Shown: positions 36,836 to 46,943, numbered from the stretch's first letter. The stretch: 64,000 nt of DNA from an uncultured Acidobacteriaceae bacterium (GCA_963832015.1 CAWHSR010000003.1:35717-99716), one strand, 5' to 3'. The notes: generated by a model not told the origin, from the sequence alone. Translations and numbers: made by a program.

Positions 36836-37696
36836 ATGTCCCATCGCAAGTGCTGTGCTGCCTTGCTGGCCGTCGCGGCGACGTTCTTTTGTTTGGCAAA
36901 CCGAAGCTGGGCTCAGTCCTCCGCGGAGAAGACCCCCGTGGGCGTTCCTTCCTACACGACCGTTTCGATCAAGCCCGACAAATCTGGGTTGCAAGCGCAG
37001 GGCCTAAAGCTCGGCCCCGGCGAGTTAACGGTAAAGAACGAGAGTCTGCAGATGCTGATTCGCCACGCGTATGACATCGAAGCGGATCAGATTCATGGAG
37101 GGCCGAGCTGGCTCGACTCGGAAAGATATGATGTTCAGGCGAAGGTGGACAAATCCGCAGTTGAGAATCTGCAGAGACTGGGTTCTGAGCAGGCCGATTT
37201 CGAACAGCGGCAAATGATGCAGGCGCTCTTGGCCGACCGCTTCAAGCTGGTGGTTCACCACGACACCCGAGCCGTTCCCGTCTATGACCTTGTCCTCGCG
37301 GAGAATGGCCCGAAGCTGCAACAGTCATTGCCCGGCGACGCGGAGGCCCAAGGCCGCGTGATTCAAGTTGGAAACGGACACATCACAGGCCGCGAGGTTC
37401 CAATCGCAACGCTAGCGAGCCTTTTGTCCGATCAACTAGGCCGCAGCGTTATCGACAAGACTGGCCTTGCGAACCACTACGACGTGACGCTGCAATGGCC
37501 GGTCTCGGCTGAGGGCCAGCAAGGAAGCGAGAACTCCTCGGCAGCGGAATCTTCCAGGGAACTGATCCTTGCTGCCGTTGCCGACCAGCTTGGCCTTAAA
37601 CTGGAGCCGCACGAAGTCCCCAAGGAAATCCTCGTCATTGATCATGTGGAGAGGCCGGCGCAAAAACTAGCACCGATCGTGCAATCGCCTGCCTAG
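36836..37696 (+). CDS. secreted TIGR03435-family protein (stand-alone paralog of the BlaR1 C-terminal domain)
   Basis: Signal peptide CCAALLAVAATFFCLANRSWAQS. Same motif series as the fused domain: GGPSW, RFKL, GPKLQ, DKTGLANHYD, QLGLKLEP...ILVIDHVERP. Confidence 0.75.
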   Translation: MSHRKCCAALLAVAATFFCLANRSWAQSSAEKTPVGVPSYTTVSIKPDKSGLQAQGLKLGPGELTVKNESLQMLIRHAYDIEADQIHGGPSWLDSERYDVQAKVDKSAVENLQRLGSEQADFEQRQMMQALLADRFKLVVHHDTRAVPVYDLVLAENGPKLQQSLPGDAEAQGRVIQVGNGHITGREVPIATLASLLSDQLGRSVIDKTGLANHYDVTLQWPVSAEGQQGSENSSAAESSRELILAAVADQLGLKLEPHEVPKEILVIDHVERPAQKLAPIVQSPA

Positions 37697-37772
37697 GTTA
37701 TGACGCCGAGGAAATGTAATCCATGCCGAATGCCCCGTTGGGGGAAAAGCCGTCAGCGCTAGTCGTTTTGCA

Positions 37773-37810
37773 TCGTGAACCTTAGTGTCCTTAGTGGTTA
37801 ACGCCTTTGA
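37773..37810. repeat. direct-repeat box tcgtgaaCCTTAGTGtCCTTAGTGGttaacgcctttga, copy A
   Basis: 35 of 38 positions identical to 40164-40202. Contains a tandem CCTTAGTG 8-mer at 9-nt spacing. Upstream of the amidase gene. Confidence 0.55.
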
Positions 37811-37887
37811 AATAAACTCTCCCCATTGCTCCGCGCACGATGGCAACTGCTCAAGCGATAGCAGCTAAAATACCCCGCGGAGGATTC

Positions 37888-39694
37888 ATGGCGAAATCGC
37901 GCAGGCAATTTCTGACAATCACATCGATGGGAATCTTGGGAGCGTCGGCCGCGCTCCAAGGGCAAAATACGGCGCAACAAAATCCTGCTGATCTCCCCCC
38001 CGGCGCCCCACCGGCCTTCGGCGCAGGCCCGGCCGTTGGGCCGGAAGTGTCCGCGACAACCTTCGCCGAGGCCGAAAAGCTTGTCCAGTTTGAAATGACT
38101 CCCGCCGAGCGCACGGTGGCCGCCGACAGCTGGCGCAAGACAATGGCCGCCCTTTATGAGCGGCGCACCGGCCCGCGCAAACCTCGCGTTGCCCACAACA
38201 ATCGCTCCTGCCACGCGCTGGGATCCAATCCTCCCTGGCCAGAAATCCGGTCCAGAGCACGACCGCTTCGTACGCAGCTCAATCGATCCCGGCCCGCTGC
38301 CCGCGCGCGATGAGGACATCGCATTCGCGACAGTCACGCAACTCTCGCGCTGGATCGAAACACGCAAGCTCACCTCCGAGCGCCTCACGAACATCTACCT
38401 GAAGCGACTGCAGCATTTCGATCCCAAGCTGCGCTGCGTGATCACCCTGACTCGCGACCTGGCGCTGAAGCAGGCCAAGCAAGCCGACGAAGAAATTTCT
38501 GCCGGCAAATATCGCGGACCGCTGCACGGCATTCCGTGGGGCGGAAAAGATCTGCTCGATACCGCTGGCATTCTGACTACATACGGCGCAGAGCCCTTCC
38601 GCAATCGCGTCCCCGCTGAAGATGCCGTGGTGGTGAAGCGTCTGCGCGAAGCCGGCGCAGTGCTGGTAGCAAAGCTCAGCCTCGGAGCCCTCGCGCTCAA
38701 CGACATCTGGTTCGGCGGTCAGACGATGAATCCGTGGCTGCTCGAGGAAGCCTCGTCCGGATCGAGCGCCGGCCCTGGTGCTGCCACCGCCGCTGGTTTA
38801 GTCGGATTCAGCATCGGCAGCGAAACCGGCGGCAGCATCATTAGTCCATCGATGCGTTGCGGCATCACTGGACTGCGCCCAACCTACGGTCGCGTTGCGC
38901 GCACGGGTGCCATGACTCTCTGCTGGTCCCTCGACAAACTTGGCCCCATGACCCGCAGCGTCGAAGACGCCATGCTCGTACTGCACGCGATCACCGGCCC
39001 CGACGCTGGCGATGTCGACAGCGTGCCAAGCCATCTCGATTTCGACGCGTCGGCGAGTATAGCGGGCCTGCGCGTTGGCTACTTCCCCAAGTGGATGCAG
39101 GAGAATCCCGCCACAGAAGTCGATCGCGCTGCAGTAGACGTGGTGAGGAAGGTGGGCATGGTTCCCGTCGAGGTATCGATTCCCGACTGGCCCTACGATT
39201 CGCTTAACCTTATTCTGTTCGCGGAAGGCGCGGCGGCCTTCGAAGAATTGACACTTGGCGGAGGACTCCGCGAACTCAAAGCCCAAGTCCCCGATGCCTG
39301 GCCCAACATCTTCCGCCAGGCGAGATTTCTCTCAGCGGTCGACTTCGTGCAGGCCGATCGTCTCCGTCGTAAAGTCGCCGAAGAAATGGCGCGCCTTTTT
39401 TCGCAAGTCGATCTGTTGTTGGTTCCCTCGGTCCGCGACGAAATGCTGACCATTACAAACTTCACCGGCCATCCCGCGTTAGTGCTGCGTGCAGGATTCG
39501 TTAAAGTCGCGAAGGCCCGCAGCGACTGGGCTCCCGACCCGGCTCATCCTCTGCCGACGTTCAACCCCCCACGCCGCGTTCCGCACGGAGTGACGCTGAT
39601 CGGCGAGCTGTTCGAGGAAGGCACGATGGTCAACGCGGGCCTCGCCCTGGAACAAGCATTCGGCGTGGTAGGAGAGCGTCCGCCGGGCTTCTAA
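37888..39694 (+). CDS. amidase-signature family amidase with Tat-type signal, frame break about 38178-38184
   Basis: MAKSRRQFLTITSMGILGASAA twin-arginine signal. Amidase signature GGKDLLDT...SSGSSAGPGAA...GSETGGSIISPS. ORF 37840-38313 joins ORF 38156-39694 at ...YERRTGPRK / LALPTTIAPATRWDP. Confidence 0.85.
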
Positions 39695-39724
39695 CGGGGG
39701 ATAAGTCAACGCGCGACGATCTTA

Positions 39725-40041
39725 GTGATATCTTCCCGAATTTGCCGCAGCTTGGTCACGCAAGCCACCAGTTCTGCCACGCTCACCTCTTCGCCGAATC
39801 CTTCGACCTCAGGTCAAGCGGTGACCTTCACTGCTAAGATTACGTCGCCGACGGCCAAACCCGCAGGGCCGGTGACGTTCGCTTGGGGAAGACCGTGCTC
39901 GGAACGGCGCAACTCAGCGGCGGGAAAGCCAAATTCACGACCACCACGTTGGCTGGGGGCACGAGCAAGGTCACTGCAACGTACAGCGCCAACTCGAACA
40001 TTGCCGGCAGCTCAGCATCGGTGACGCAGACGGTGCACTAA
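39725..40041 (+). pseudogene. isolated C-terminal Ig-like (bacterial Ig repeat) domain fragment, frame break about 39880-39884
   Basis: ATLTSSPNPSTSGQAVTFTAKITSP...GPVTF, then in another frame LGKTVLGTAQLSGGKAKFTTTTLAGGTSKVTATYSANSNIAGSSASVTQTVH-stop. No N-terminal part or signal peptide. Confidence 0.5.
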
Positions 40042-40163
40042 CAAGCTCATAGTCCGCCTCTGGCCATCTTGGCGTTTCAGGGCCACAGCCTGGCAAGCGA
40101 CTCACACTTCCGCGATGGAAGCGCGGGACTCTAATCCCATCGTCTACGATTTCGCGCCCAGAG

Positions 40164-40202
40164 TCGTGAACCTTAGTGTCCTTCGTGGTTGACGCCTTTC
40201 GA
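40164..40202. repeat. direct-repeat box, copy B
   Basis: tcgtgaaccttagtgtccttcgtggttgacgcctttcga, 24 nt upstream of the NIF3-like start. Confidence 0.55.
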
Positions 40203-40225
40203 TCCCCCAGGAGCACCCTGCTAAC

Positions 40226-41131
40226 ATGGTCGCCCGAGGCAGAACCGTGAATACGAAAATAGCCCATTGTTGGATTCTGATGTCGATCGTGCTCGGCGCT
40301 GTTGCGCAAACGACCGCGCAGCAACAGCGAATCACCGCCCGCGAAGTGGTTGCGGAGATACAGAAGCAGGTCGGCGTGGAATGGAAACAGCAAACCGTAG
40401 ACACGTTCAAAGCGGGGAACCCCGACACCGCAGTCACGGGAATTGCAGTGACGATGATGGCGACGATGGATGTCCTGCAACGTGCGTCGGCAAAAGGACT
40501 AAATTTCGTCATCACCCACGAGCCGACTTTCTACGCGCACCTGGACAAGCCTGAAGGCATGCCCGAAAACGATCCCGTCTGGGCGGAGAAACGCGCGTTC
40601 ATTGAAAAGCATGGAATGGTCGTATGGCGGTTTCACGATCACTGGCACCTGCGTCAGCCCGATGGGATCGAAGCCGGAATGGTGCATGCCCTCGGCTGGG
40701 AGAAATTCCAGATTCCGGAAAACCAGTATCTATTTGTTATGCCCGAGACCACGGTCAAGAAATTGGCGGCGGAACTGGCCAACAAACTCGACTCGCCCGT
40801 CGTGCGCGTGGTCGGCGAGCCAGAGATGAAGGTGACCAAGGTGGGGTTTAGTCCAGGAGCCGCGGGATTCGAGAGAGAGACGCACGCACTCGAGCGGGAT
40901 GATGTCCAAGTGTTGCTGGTGGGAGAAACACGCGAATGGGAGACCGTCGAATATGCGGCCGACGCAGTCACTCAGGGACGCAATAAAGCGTTGATCGTGA
41001 TTGGACATGTTCCGAGCGAGCAGTCTGGCATGGAGGAATGCACGCGTTGGTTGAAGGGATTCGTGAAGAACGTGCCGGTTGAGTTCGTAGCGACGAAGTC
41101 CCCGTTTTGGACCGTGAGCGAGAAAAGATGA
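40226..41131 (+). CDS. NIF3-family (dinuclear metal centre, YqfO/YbgI-like) protein with N-terminal signal-like segment
   Basis: ITAREVVAEIQK...TGIAVTMMATMDVLQRASAKGLNFVITHEPTFY matches the NIF3 N-terminal pattern. Hydrophobic N-terminus HCWILMSIVLGAVAQ. Confidence 0.75.
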   Translation: MVARGRTVNTKIAHCWILMSIVLGAVAQTTAQQQRITAREVVAEIQKQVGVEWKQQTVDTFKAGNPDTAVTGIAVTMMATMDVLQRASAKGLNFVITHEPTFYAHLDKPEGMPENDPVWAEKRAFIEKHGMVVWRFHDHWHLRQPDGIEAGMVHALGWEKFQIPENQYLFVMPETTVKKLAAELANKLDSPVVRVVGEPEMKVTKVGFSPGAAGFERETHALERDDVQVLLVGETREWETVEYAADAVTQGRNKALIVIGHVPSEQSGMEECTRWLKGFVKNVPVEFVATKSPFWTVSEKR

Positions 41132-41197
41132 AGCGTTGAGACAAGGAACAGTGGACGAAGGTTTTGATCTCGTACGCGCCGGCAACCATGAGGGTGC

Positions 41198-41228
41198 CCC
41201 ATCCTTCGCGCAGTTTGCGAAGGGTGGG
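41198..41228. repeat. dispersed hairpin repeat cccatccttcgc-gcagttt-gcgaagggtggg
   Basis: Stem paired at 11 of 12 positions. A related hairpin cccatgcttcgc...gcgaagcatggg lies about 46695-46728, and a degenerate copy about 53683-53712. Confidence 0.5.
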
Positions 41229-41404
41229 AGTCGCCAACGTTTGCGCGATGGGGGCATACGGCGGTTACTCGAAATGAACCCTTCCGAGCAGTCCGCGCGG
41301 CATGACACTCGAAATCGTACAGTCAATATCGCGCCCCACCATTTTCCTTTCCGAGACGTCCAATTGTATTAACGGACCGTTCGCTATGCTAGGATGACGC
41401 CCCA

Positions 41405-43876
41405 ATGAACACGTGGATGCAGGACATTCGATTCGCTCTTCGCTCGTTCGCAAAGAATCCAGGCTTCACGCTGGCCGCGATATTGTCGTTGGCGATTGGG
41501 ATCGGTGCGAACACCTCCATCTTCAGTGTTGCGAACGCGTTGCTCTTCCGTCCTCTGCCCTATGACAGACCGGACCGATTGGTGATCCTGTGGAATCGCT
41601 CTCCTGGCCTGGACATCACCCAGGATTGGTTTTCCACGGCACAGTATTTTGACATTAAGACAGGGCACCATGGGTTTGAGCAGGTCGCGATCGCAATTGG
41701 CGGCGACTACAACTTGACTGGGCAGGGCGACCCCGAACGAGTGGGCGTCATTCGCGTCTCCTCGAATCTTCTTCCAATGCTCGGCGCTCGTCCGGCACTC
41801 GGTCGGCTGCTGACGCCCGACGAAGATTCGCCCGGCCACCCGTCTACTGCCGTCCTGACAGACGGAATGTGGGCGCGACGTTTCGGCCGTGACCCGCAGC
41901 TGATCGGTAAGTCCGTCGTCATCAATGGACAGCCTTATGAAATCGTTGGCATCCTTCTGCAGAGCTTCTCTTTGTCGCAGGAAGTCCTCCCGTTGCTCTA
42001 CGGGACCGAGCAGGCCGACATTTTTGTTCCGTTGCCTCTGGCTCCGGCCGCCGCGTCGCAGGCGCGCGACCACGAAGATTACAACATAGTCGGAAAGCTG
42101 AAGCCGGGCGTCTCGCTGCCGCAGGCCCAGGCGGAGATGGATACCATCACGGCCGGGCTACGGCGCCAATTTCCGGAGAACTACCCTCCCAATGGCGGGT
42201 TGACGTTTAGCATCGTGCCGCTTCTGGAACAAGTTGTTGGCAACGTGCGCCGCTCTCTGTGGGTGCTCCTTGGGGCAGTGGGTTTTGTGCTGCTGATCGC
42301 GTGTGCCAATGTCGCCAACCTCATGCTATCGCGCGCCGTGGCGCGCCAGCAGGAAATTGCCGTGCGCACCGCTATGGGAGCGAGCCGCTGGCACATTGTT
42401 CGTCAATTATTGACGGAGAGCTTGCTGCTTTCGCTCTGCGGTGGCGCGCTGGGAATCTTCATCTGCCTTCTCAGCATGCGGTGGATCCACATTTTGGGAA
42501 TCAAAAGCATTCCGCGGCTGCAGGACGTGGGCATTGATGGACGCGTCCTCCTGTTCACTGTGCTGCTCTCCGTTTCCTCCGGGATTCTCTTCGGCCTTGC
42601 CCCGGCTTTCCGTGTTTCAAGGCTGGATTTGAACTCGACTCTGAAAGATGCTAGCCGTGGTTCGGCGGGAACGAGCGCGGTCTGGGGTCGTGGCAATAAT
42701 CTTCGGCGCCTGCTCGTTGTATCCGAACTCGCGCTCTCTCTAGTCCTGTTGATCGGTGCAGGACTTCTCATTCGGAGTTTCGGTCGCTTGCAAGACGTAT
42801 CGCCCGGGTTCAACCCGCACGGCGTGCTCACCTTCGACCTGACCATGACCGGTCGAAGATACAACGACAAACAAATCATCTTGAATACCTATCGCCAACT
42901 CTGGGAGCAGCTTGAACATTCCCCAGGGGCGATCGCGGCGGGCGGAGTTACGTCACTCCCCTTGAGCGAGGCCTTTGCCTGGACGCCGATCACCGTCGAG
43001 AGCCGAATTCCGCTGCCCGGCGAGAAATTTCTCAATGCGGATGAACGCATCGTTGCCGGGCACTATTTTGAAGCCATGGAAATACCGTTGCGCCGTGGAC
43101 GATTCTTCAACGAACAAGACGACACGACGAAGCCAATTGCCGTCATCGTTGACGAGTACATGGCCGGCCAACTTTGGCCAGGGCAGGATCCAATTGGCAA
43201 GCGCATTCATATTGTGGAACTCCCGTCGAAGGACCGATGGCAGACGGTCGTTGGCGTGGTCGGACGCGTGAAGCAGGATTCTCTCGACTCTGACCCGCGG
43301 ATTGCCTTCTATCTGGCCCATACCCAATTCCCCACGCGATCCGTGACGGTAGCCCTCCGCGGCCGCACAGATCCGGCCGCCATGCTCTCGGCCACCAAGA
43401 AAGAACTGCGGAACCTCGATCCCGATCTTCCGATGTACTACGTTCGAACGATGGAGCAGAGAGTGAACGAATCACTGGCTCGCCGGCGTTTTTCGATGCT
43501 GCTGCTGGGAGTCTTCGCAAGCGTCGCCCTGGCTCTCGCTACCATCGGCATCTACGGTGTGATGGCGTACCTCGTCAATCAGGGAACTCGGGAATTGGGA
43601 ATTCGAATCGCGCTGGGTGCCTCGCACCGCAACATCCTGAGTCTTGTTGTCCGGCAGGGGATGGCGCTCGCGTTTTCTGGCGTGACGATTGGTTTGGCCG
43701 CGGCCTTCCTGCTTACGCGGCTGATGCGCAGCCTGTTATTTGGGGTGGAGGCGACGGACCCAATCACCTTTGCTGGGATTTCCTTATTGCTCGCGATGAT
43801 CGCGCTGCTCGCCACCTACATTCCAGCGCAACGCGCCGCCCGAATCGATCCCCTGATCTCCCTGCGCTGCGAGTAG
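41405..43876 (+). CDS. ADOP-family duplicated FtsX/MacB-type permease (orphan, no ATPase nearby)
   Basis: 823 aa. N-terminus DIRFALRSFAKNPGFTLAAILSLAIGIGANTSIFSV. Two MacB-periplasmic plus FtsX four-TM halves. Confidence 0.85.
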   Translation: MNTWMQDIRFALRSFAKNPGFTLAAILSLAIGIGANTSIFSVANALLFRPLPYDRPDRLVILWNRSPGLDITQDWFSTAQYFDIKTGHHGFEQVAIAIGGDYNLTGQGDPERVGVIRVSSNLLPMLGARPALGRLLTPDEDSPGHPSTAVLTDGMWARRFGRDPQLIGKSVVINGQPYEIVGILLQSFSLSQEVLPLLYGTEQADIFVPLPLAPAAASQARDHEDYNIVGKLKPGVSLPQAQAEMDTITAGLRRQFPENYPPNGGLTFSIVPLLEQVVGNVRRSLWVLLGAVGFVLLIACANVANLMLSRAVARQQEIAVRTAMGASRWHIVRQLLTESLLLSLCGGALGIFICLLSMRWIHILGIKSIPRLQDVGIDGRVLLFTVLLSVSSGILFGLAPAFRVSRLDLNSTLKDASRGSAGTSAVWGRGNNLRRLLVVSELALSLVLLIGAGLLIRSFGRLQDVSPGFNPHGVLTFDLTMTGRRYNDKQIILNTYRQLWEQLEHSPGAIAAGGVTSLPLSEAFAWTPITVESRIPLPGEKFLNADERIVAGHYFEAMEIPLRRGRFFNEQDDTTKPIAVIVDEYMAGQLWPGQDPIGKRIHIVELPSKDRWQTVVGVVGRVKQDSLDSDPRIAFYLAHTQFPTRSVTVALRGRTDPAAMLSATKKELRNLDPDLPMYYVRTMEQRVNESLARRRFSMLLLGVFASVALALATIGIYGVMAYLVNQGTRELGIRIALGASHRNILSLVVRQGMALAFSGVTIGLAAAFLLTRLMRSLLFGVEATDPITFAGISLLLAMIALLATYIPAQRAARIDPLISLRCE

Positions 43877-44001
43877 CCGAGCGGGCCCGTTCCGTCTGGC
43901 CCTAGGTTTCCGCTCAGAACTGGACCGCTCGTTAAAGCCCCGCTTCCTAAAAAACTTGCGGCCGCGTCTCACAAGGAGGCCTACAATCCTGCAGGGGTGC
44001 C

Positions 44002-46485
44002 ATGATGAATCTTGAGTGCATAGGTCAGGACATTCGCTTTGGCTTGCGTTCGATGCGCAAGAGTCCCAGCTTCACGGTGATCTGCATTCTTTCGTTGGCG
44101 CTAGGCATCGGGGCAAATACCACGATTTTTACCGTCGTCAACGCCATCCTTCTCCACCCGCTGCCGGTCGCCGAAATCTCTCGTCTGGTGCAACTCGATA
44201 CCGTTGACAGCAAGACTCAATTTACGCAGGCCGGCGCCACCAAGTTGGGGATGTCCTATACCAATTGTGAAGATTACAGGCGACACAATCAGGTGCTCGA
44301 CGGACTCGCGTGTATCTCGGGCGCGGTACTGACCTGGAGCGGAGAAGCGGAACCCAAACAGGTCGCCGCCCAATTGGTGAATGCAAACTATTTCCAGGTC
44401 CTCGGCCTGACACCGGCCATCGGACGCTTCTTCCTTCCTGACGAAGACACCAAACCAGGCGGCAACAATGTGGCCGTCCTGAGCTATAGCCTTTGGGCTA
44501 ACAAGTTCGGTTCGGACCGAAGCCTGATTGGCAGGACAGTGACGTTCAACGCGACGCTATTCACCGTCATTGGAGTGGCCCCGAAAGGCTTCAAGGGGAC
44601 ATTCACAATCGGTCCTGCCGACGAAGTCTGGGTGCCGGTCAGCATGTATGGTCAGGTCCTCGCTGGATTTGTGAAAGATGCTTTCAAAGACAGGCGATTT
44701 CTAAACACATTTACAGTGGCGAGATTAAAGCCGGGAGTTAGCAGGGCAGAGGCGGAAGCCTCGCTGAAGACGATCGCCTCAGGACTGGAGCACGATTACC
44801 CGAAGGACAATGCCGGACGCAGCGTTGCGGTTTCCGCATTGGCTGACGCCGCGGTGGGCATCAATCAACACGACCAATTTGTCGTGGCCGGAGCTCTCAT
44901 GATGGGTGTCGTCGGACTCATTCTTTTGATCGCTTGCGTCAATCTCGCCAATCTCCTGCTGGCCAAGGGAGCACGGCGGGAACGTGAAATGAGCATCCGC
45001 ATCGCGGTAGGTGCCAACCGTGTACGCCTGATTCGCCAGCTTTTAACCGAGAGTCTGGTGTTAGCTCTGTCCGGCGGTGCAGTCGGATTCATGCTCGCGT
45101 TCGCCGGCCGCCGCTTGCTCTGGGCTTTTCGTCCACCCTTCATCGAGAATAATGATCTCGACCTTGCGCTCGATTCTCACGTACTGCTGTTTACCCTCGG
45201 CCTTGCGCTGCTGACCGGAATCATCTTCGGCCTGGCCCCGGCGATCAAGGCTTCCAGAGCCGACGTATCCGAGGCGCTCAACGCCGGTGGCCGGGGCGGA
45301 AGCGCTACTTGGACTCGCGGTCCGTTGCGCAGCATCCTGATCGTGTCCGAGGTCGCGCTTGCCCTCATTACGCTCGTCGGTGCTGGACTATTCATTCGAA
45401 GCATGCAGAATGCACAGAGAACCGATGTCGGCTTTGAATCGAAACGCCTTTTCGTCCTGGCAATGGACCTCGGGGCGCTTCATTACGATGAAGCACATGG
45501 GCAGCAGTTTTATCGTGACGCCATTCAGAACGTGACATCCTCTCCCATGGTGCAGGCCGCGGCGGTTGCCTCAAATCTCCCGCTAGGCGGCGGCCTTGGG
45601 CGCACCGTATTTCCCGAAGGAAAGGACGAGGCATCTGGCTATCGGGGCACCATGACGCAACTTAACGACGTTTCTCCAGGGTTTTTCGATACTTTGCGCA
45701 TTCCCCTCAAGCAGGGACGATCCTTCTCAGATCTCGACAAGAATCAGACCACGCCCGTAGCTGTAATCAACGAAGCCATGGCTCGTCATTTCTGGCCGGA
45801 TCAGGATCCGATTGGCAAACGCTTCCACTTCTTCGGCGACCCCAAGCTGCTTGAGGTCGTAGGAGTCGTAGGCAACACAGTGATCAACCAGATCGGCGAA
45901 GATCCTCAACCGCTTGCTTATCTTCCACTGACCCAGGATTACTCTCCGGCCGCGACCCTGCAGGTGCGCACCTCCGGAGACCCACGTGCAGTCATCGCCA
46001 CAGTGCGCAGCCAGATTCAAGCGCTGGACCGCAACTTGGCCATTACGAATGTTCAGACCATAGAAGAGGTGTTGGACCAGGGACTGTGGGCGCCGCGCAT
46101 GGCAGCCGCAATGCTCACCCTATTCGGCGGCCTGGCGCTCATTCTCGCGGCGATCGGTGTCTATGGCGTGCTTTCCTACTCCGTAAGTCAGCAGACGCGC
46201 GAGATTGGAATTCGGATGGCGCTCGGTGCCACCCCCAACGGAGTGCTCCGCTGGGTAATTGGCCAGGGGCTTCGGTTAGCGGGTGTGGGCGTGCTGGTTG
46301 GGCTTGTCGTAGGTTTGGGTTTGATGCACTTTGTGGGCAGCCTGCTGTTCGGTGTCAGCACCTACGATCCCGAAACGTTCGCTACTGTGACACTTGTGCT
46401 GGGATTGATTGCGTTCCTGGCGTGCTATCTGCCGGCCCGAAGAGCCACAAAGGTCAACCCACTTCTGGCATTGCGAAACGAATGA
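44002..46485 (+). CDS. ADOP-family duplicated FtsX/MacB-type permease, second tandem paralog
   Basis: 827 aa. [36 protein letters not shown]. Same duplicated architecture. Confidence 0.85.
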   Translation: MMNLECIGQDIRFGLRSMRKSPSFTVICILSLALGIGANTTIFTVVNAILLHPLPVAEISRLVQLDTVDSKTQFTQAGATKLGMSYTNCEDYRRHNQVLDGLACISGAVLTWSGEAEPKQVAAQLVNANYFQVLGLTPAIGRFFLPDEDTKPGGNNVAVLSYSLWANKFGSDRSLIGRTVTFNATLFTVIGVAPKGFKGTFTIGPADEVWVPVSMYGQVLAGFVKDAFKDRRFLNTFTVARLKPGVSRAEAEASLKTIASGLEHDYPKDNAGRSVAVSALADAAVGINQHDQFVVAGALMMGVVGLILLIACVNLANLLLAKGARREREMSIRIAVGANRVRLIRQLLTESLVLALSGGAVGFMLAFAGRRLLWAFRPPFIENNDLDLALDSHVLLFTLGLALLTGIIFGLAPAIKASRADVSEALNAGGRGGSATWTRGPLRSILIVSEVALALITLVGAGLFIRSMQNAQRTDVGFESKRLFVLAMDLGALHYDEAHGQQFYRDAIQNVTSSPMVQAAAVASNLPLGGGLGRTVFPEGKDEASGYRGTMTQLNDVSPGFFDTLRIPLKQGRSFSDLDKNQTTPVAVINEAMARHFWPDQDPIGKRFHFFGDPKLLEVVGVVGNTVINQIGEDPQPLAYLPLTQDYSPAATLQVRTSGDPRAVIATVRSQIQALDRNLAITNVQTIEEVLDQGLWAPRMAAAMLTLFGGLALILAAIGVYGVLSYSVSQQTREIGIRMALGATPNGVLRWVIGQGLRLAGVGVLVGLVVGLGLMHFVGSLLFGVSTYDPETFATVTLVLGLIAFLACYLPARRATKVNPLLALRNE

Positions 46486-46754
46486 GGCTGATTAAGTGAC
46501 CGTGTCGGCTCCTTTCCTTCGAGCCCTGGTTGCTTGAGCGCACCAAGTTTACTCGGCGGCTGGGGAGCCGACATGGTTATCTAATCAGCCGACGTGGAAG
46601 AGCGGCGCTTCAGCGCCGCGTCAGAGGAAGAGAAAAAGGAACCGAGTCCCGAAGGGGACGACACAAAAAAACCGATTGATACCATCGTTCCCGGTGCCCA
46701 TGCTTCGCACATCGCGCGAAGCATGGGGGCCGCCCACGGCGTGACGGTCCAAAG

Positions 46755-46943
46755 GTGGGCCAGCCCCAACCTGATCTGGCAGCGCTGCACCAGTGCATCC
46801 ACACCGGCCGCCCCCTGGGGGCACCCGACTTCGCTGCCGCTCTAGAAAAATCAACCCTCCGCCACCTCGCTCCCCGCAAGGGAGGCCGCCCCATCAAGTC
46901 CTCCTCCGATTCCAGTCAGCCCAGCCTCACCTTTGTGACATAG
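46755..46943 (+). pseudogene. remnant of the C-terminus of a REP-associated / IS200-like (Y1) transposase-type gene
   Basis: ...HTGRPLGAPDFAAALEKSTLRHLAPRKGGRP resembles the conserved tail (TGRPLG...LE...R.L.PR.RGRP) of these proteins as I recall them. No catalytic N-terminal part is present. Confidence 0.4.

Noticed and set aside
40124-40138. gggactctaatccca looks like a tRNA anticodon stem-loop (CTA anticodon) in the amidase-NIF3 spacer.
   Set aside because: The flanks give no acceptor stem, D-arm or GTTCRANYC T-loop, and the putative anticodon stem has a terminal mismatch. Likely chance.
41405-46485. Calling the ADOP pair a complete ABC transporter.
   Set aside because: No ATPase (Walker A/B, ABC signature) gene exists anywhere in the window. 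Only the permease components are supported.
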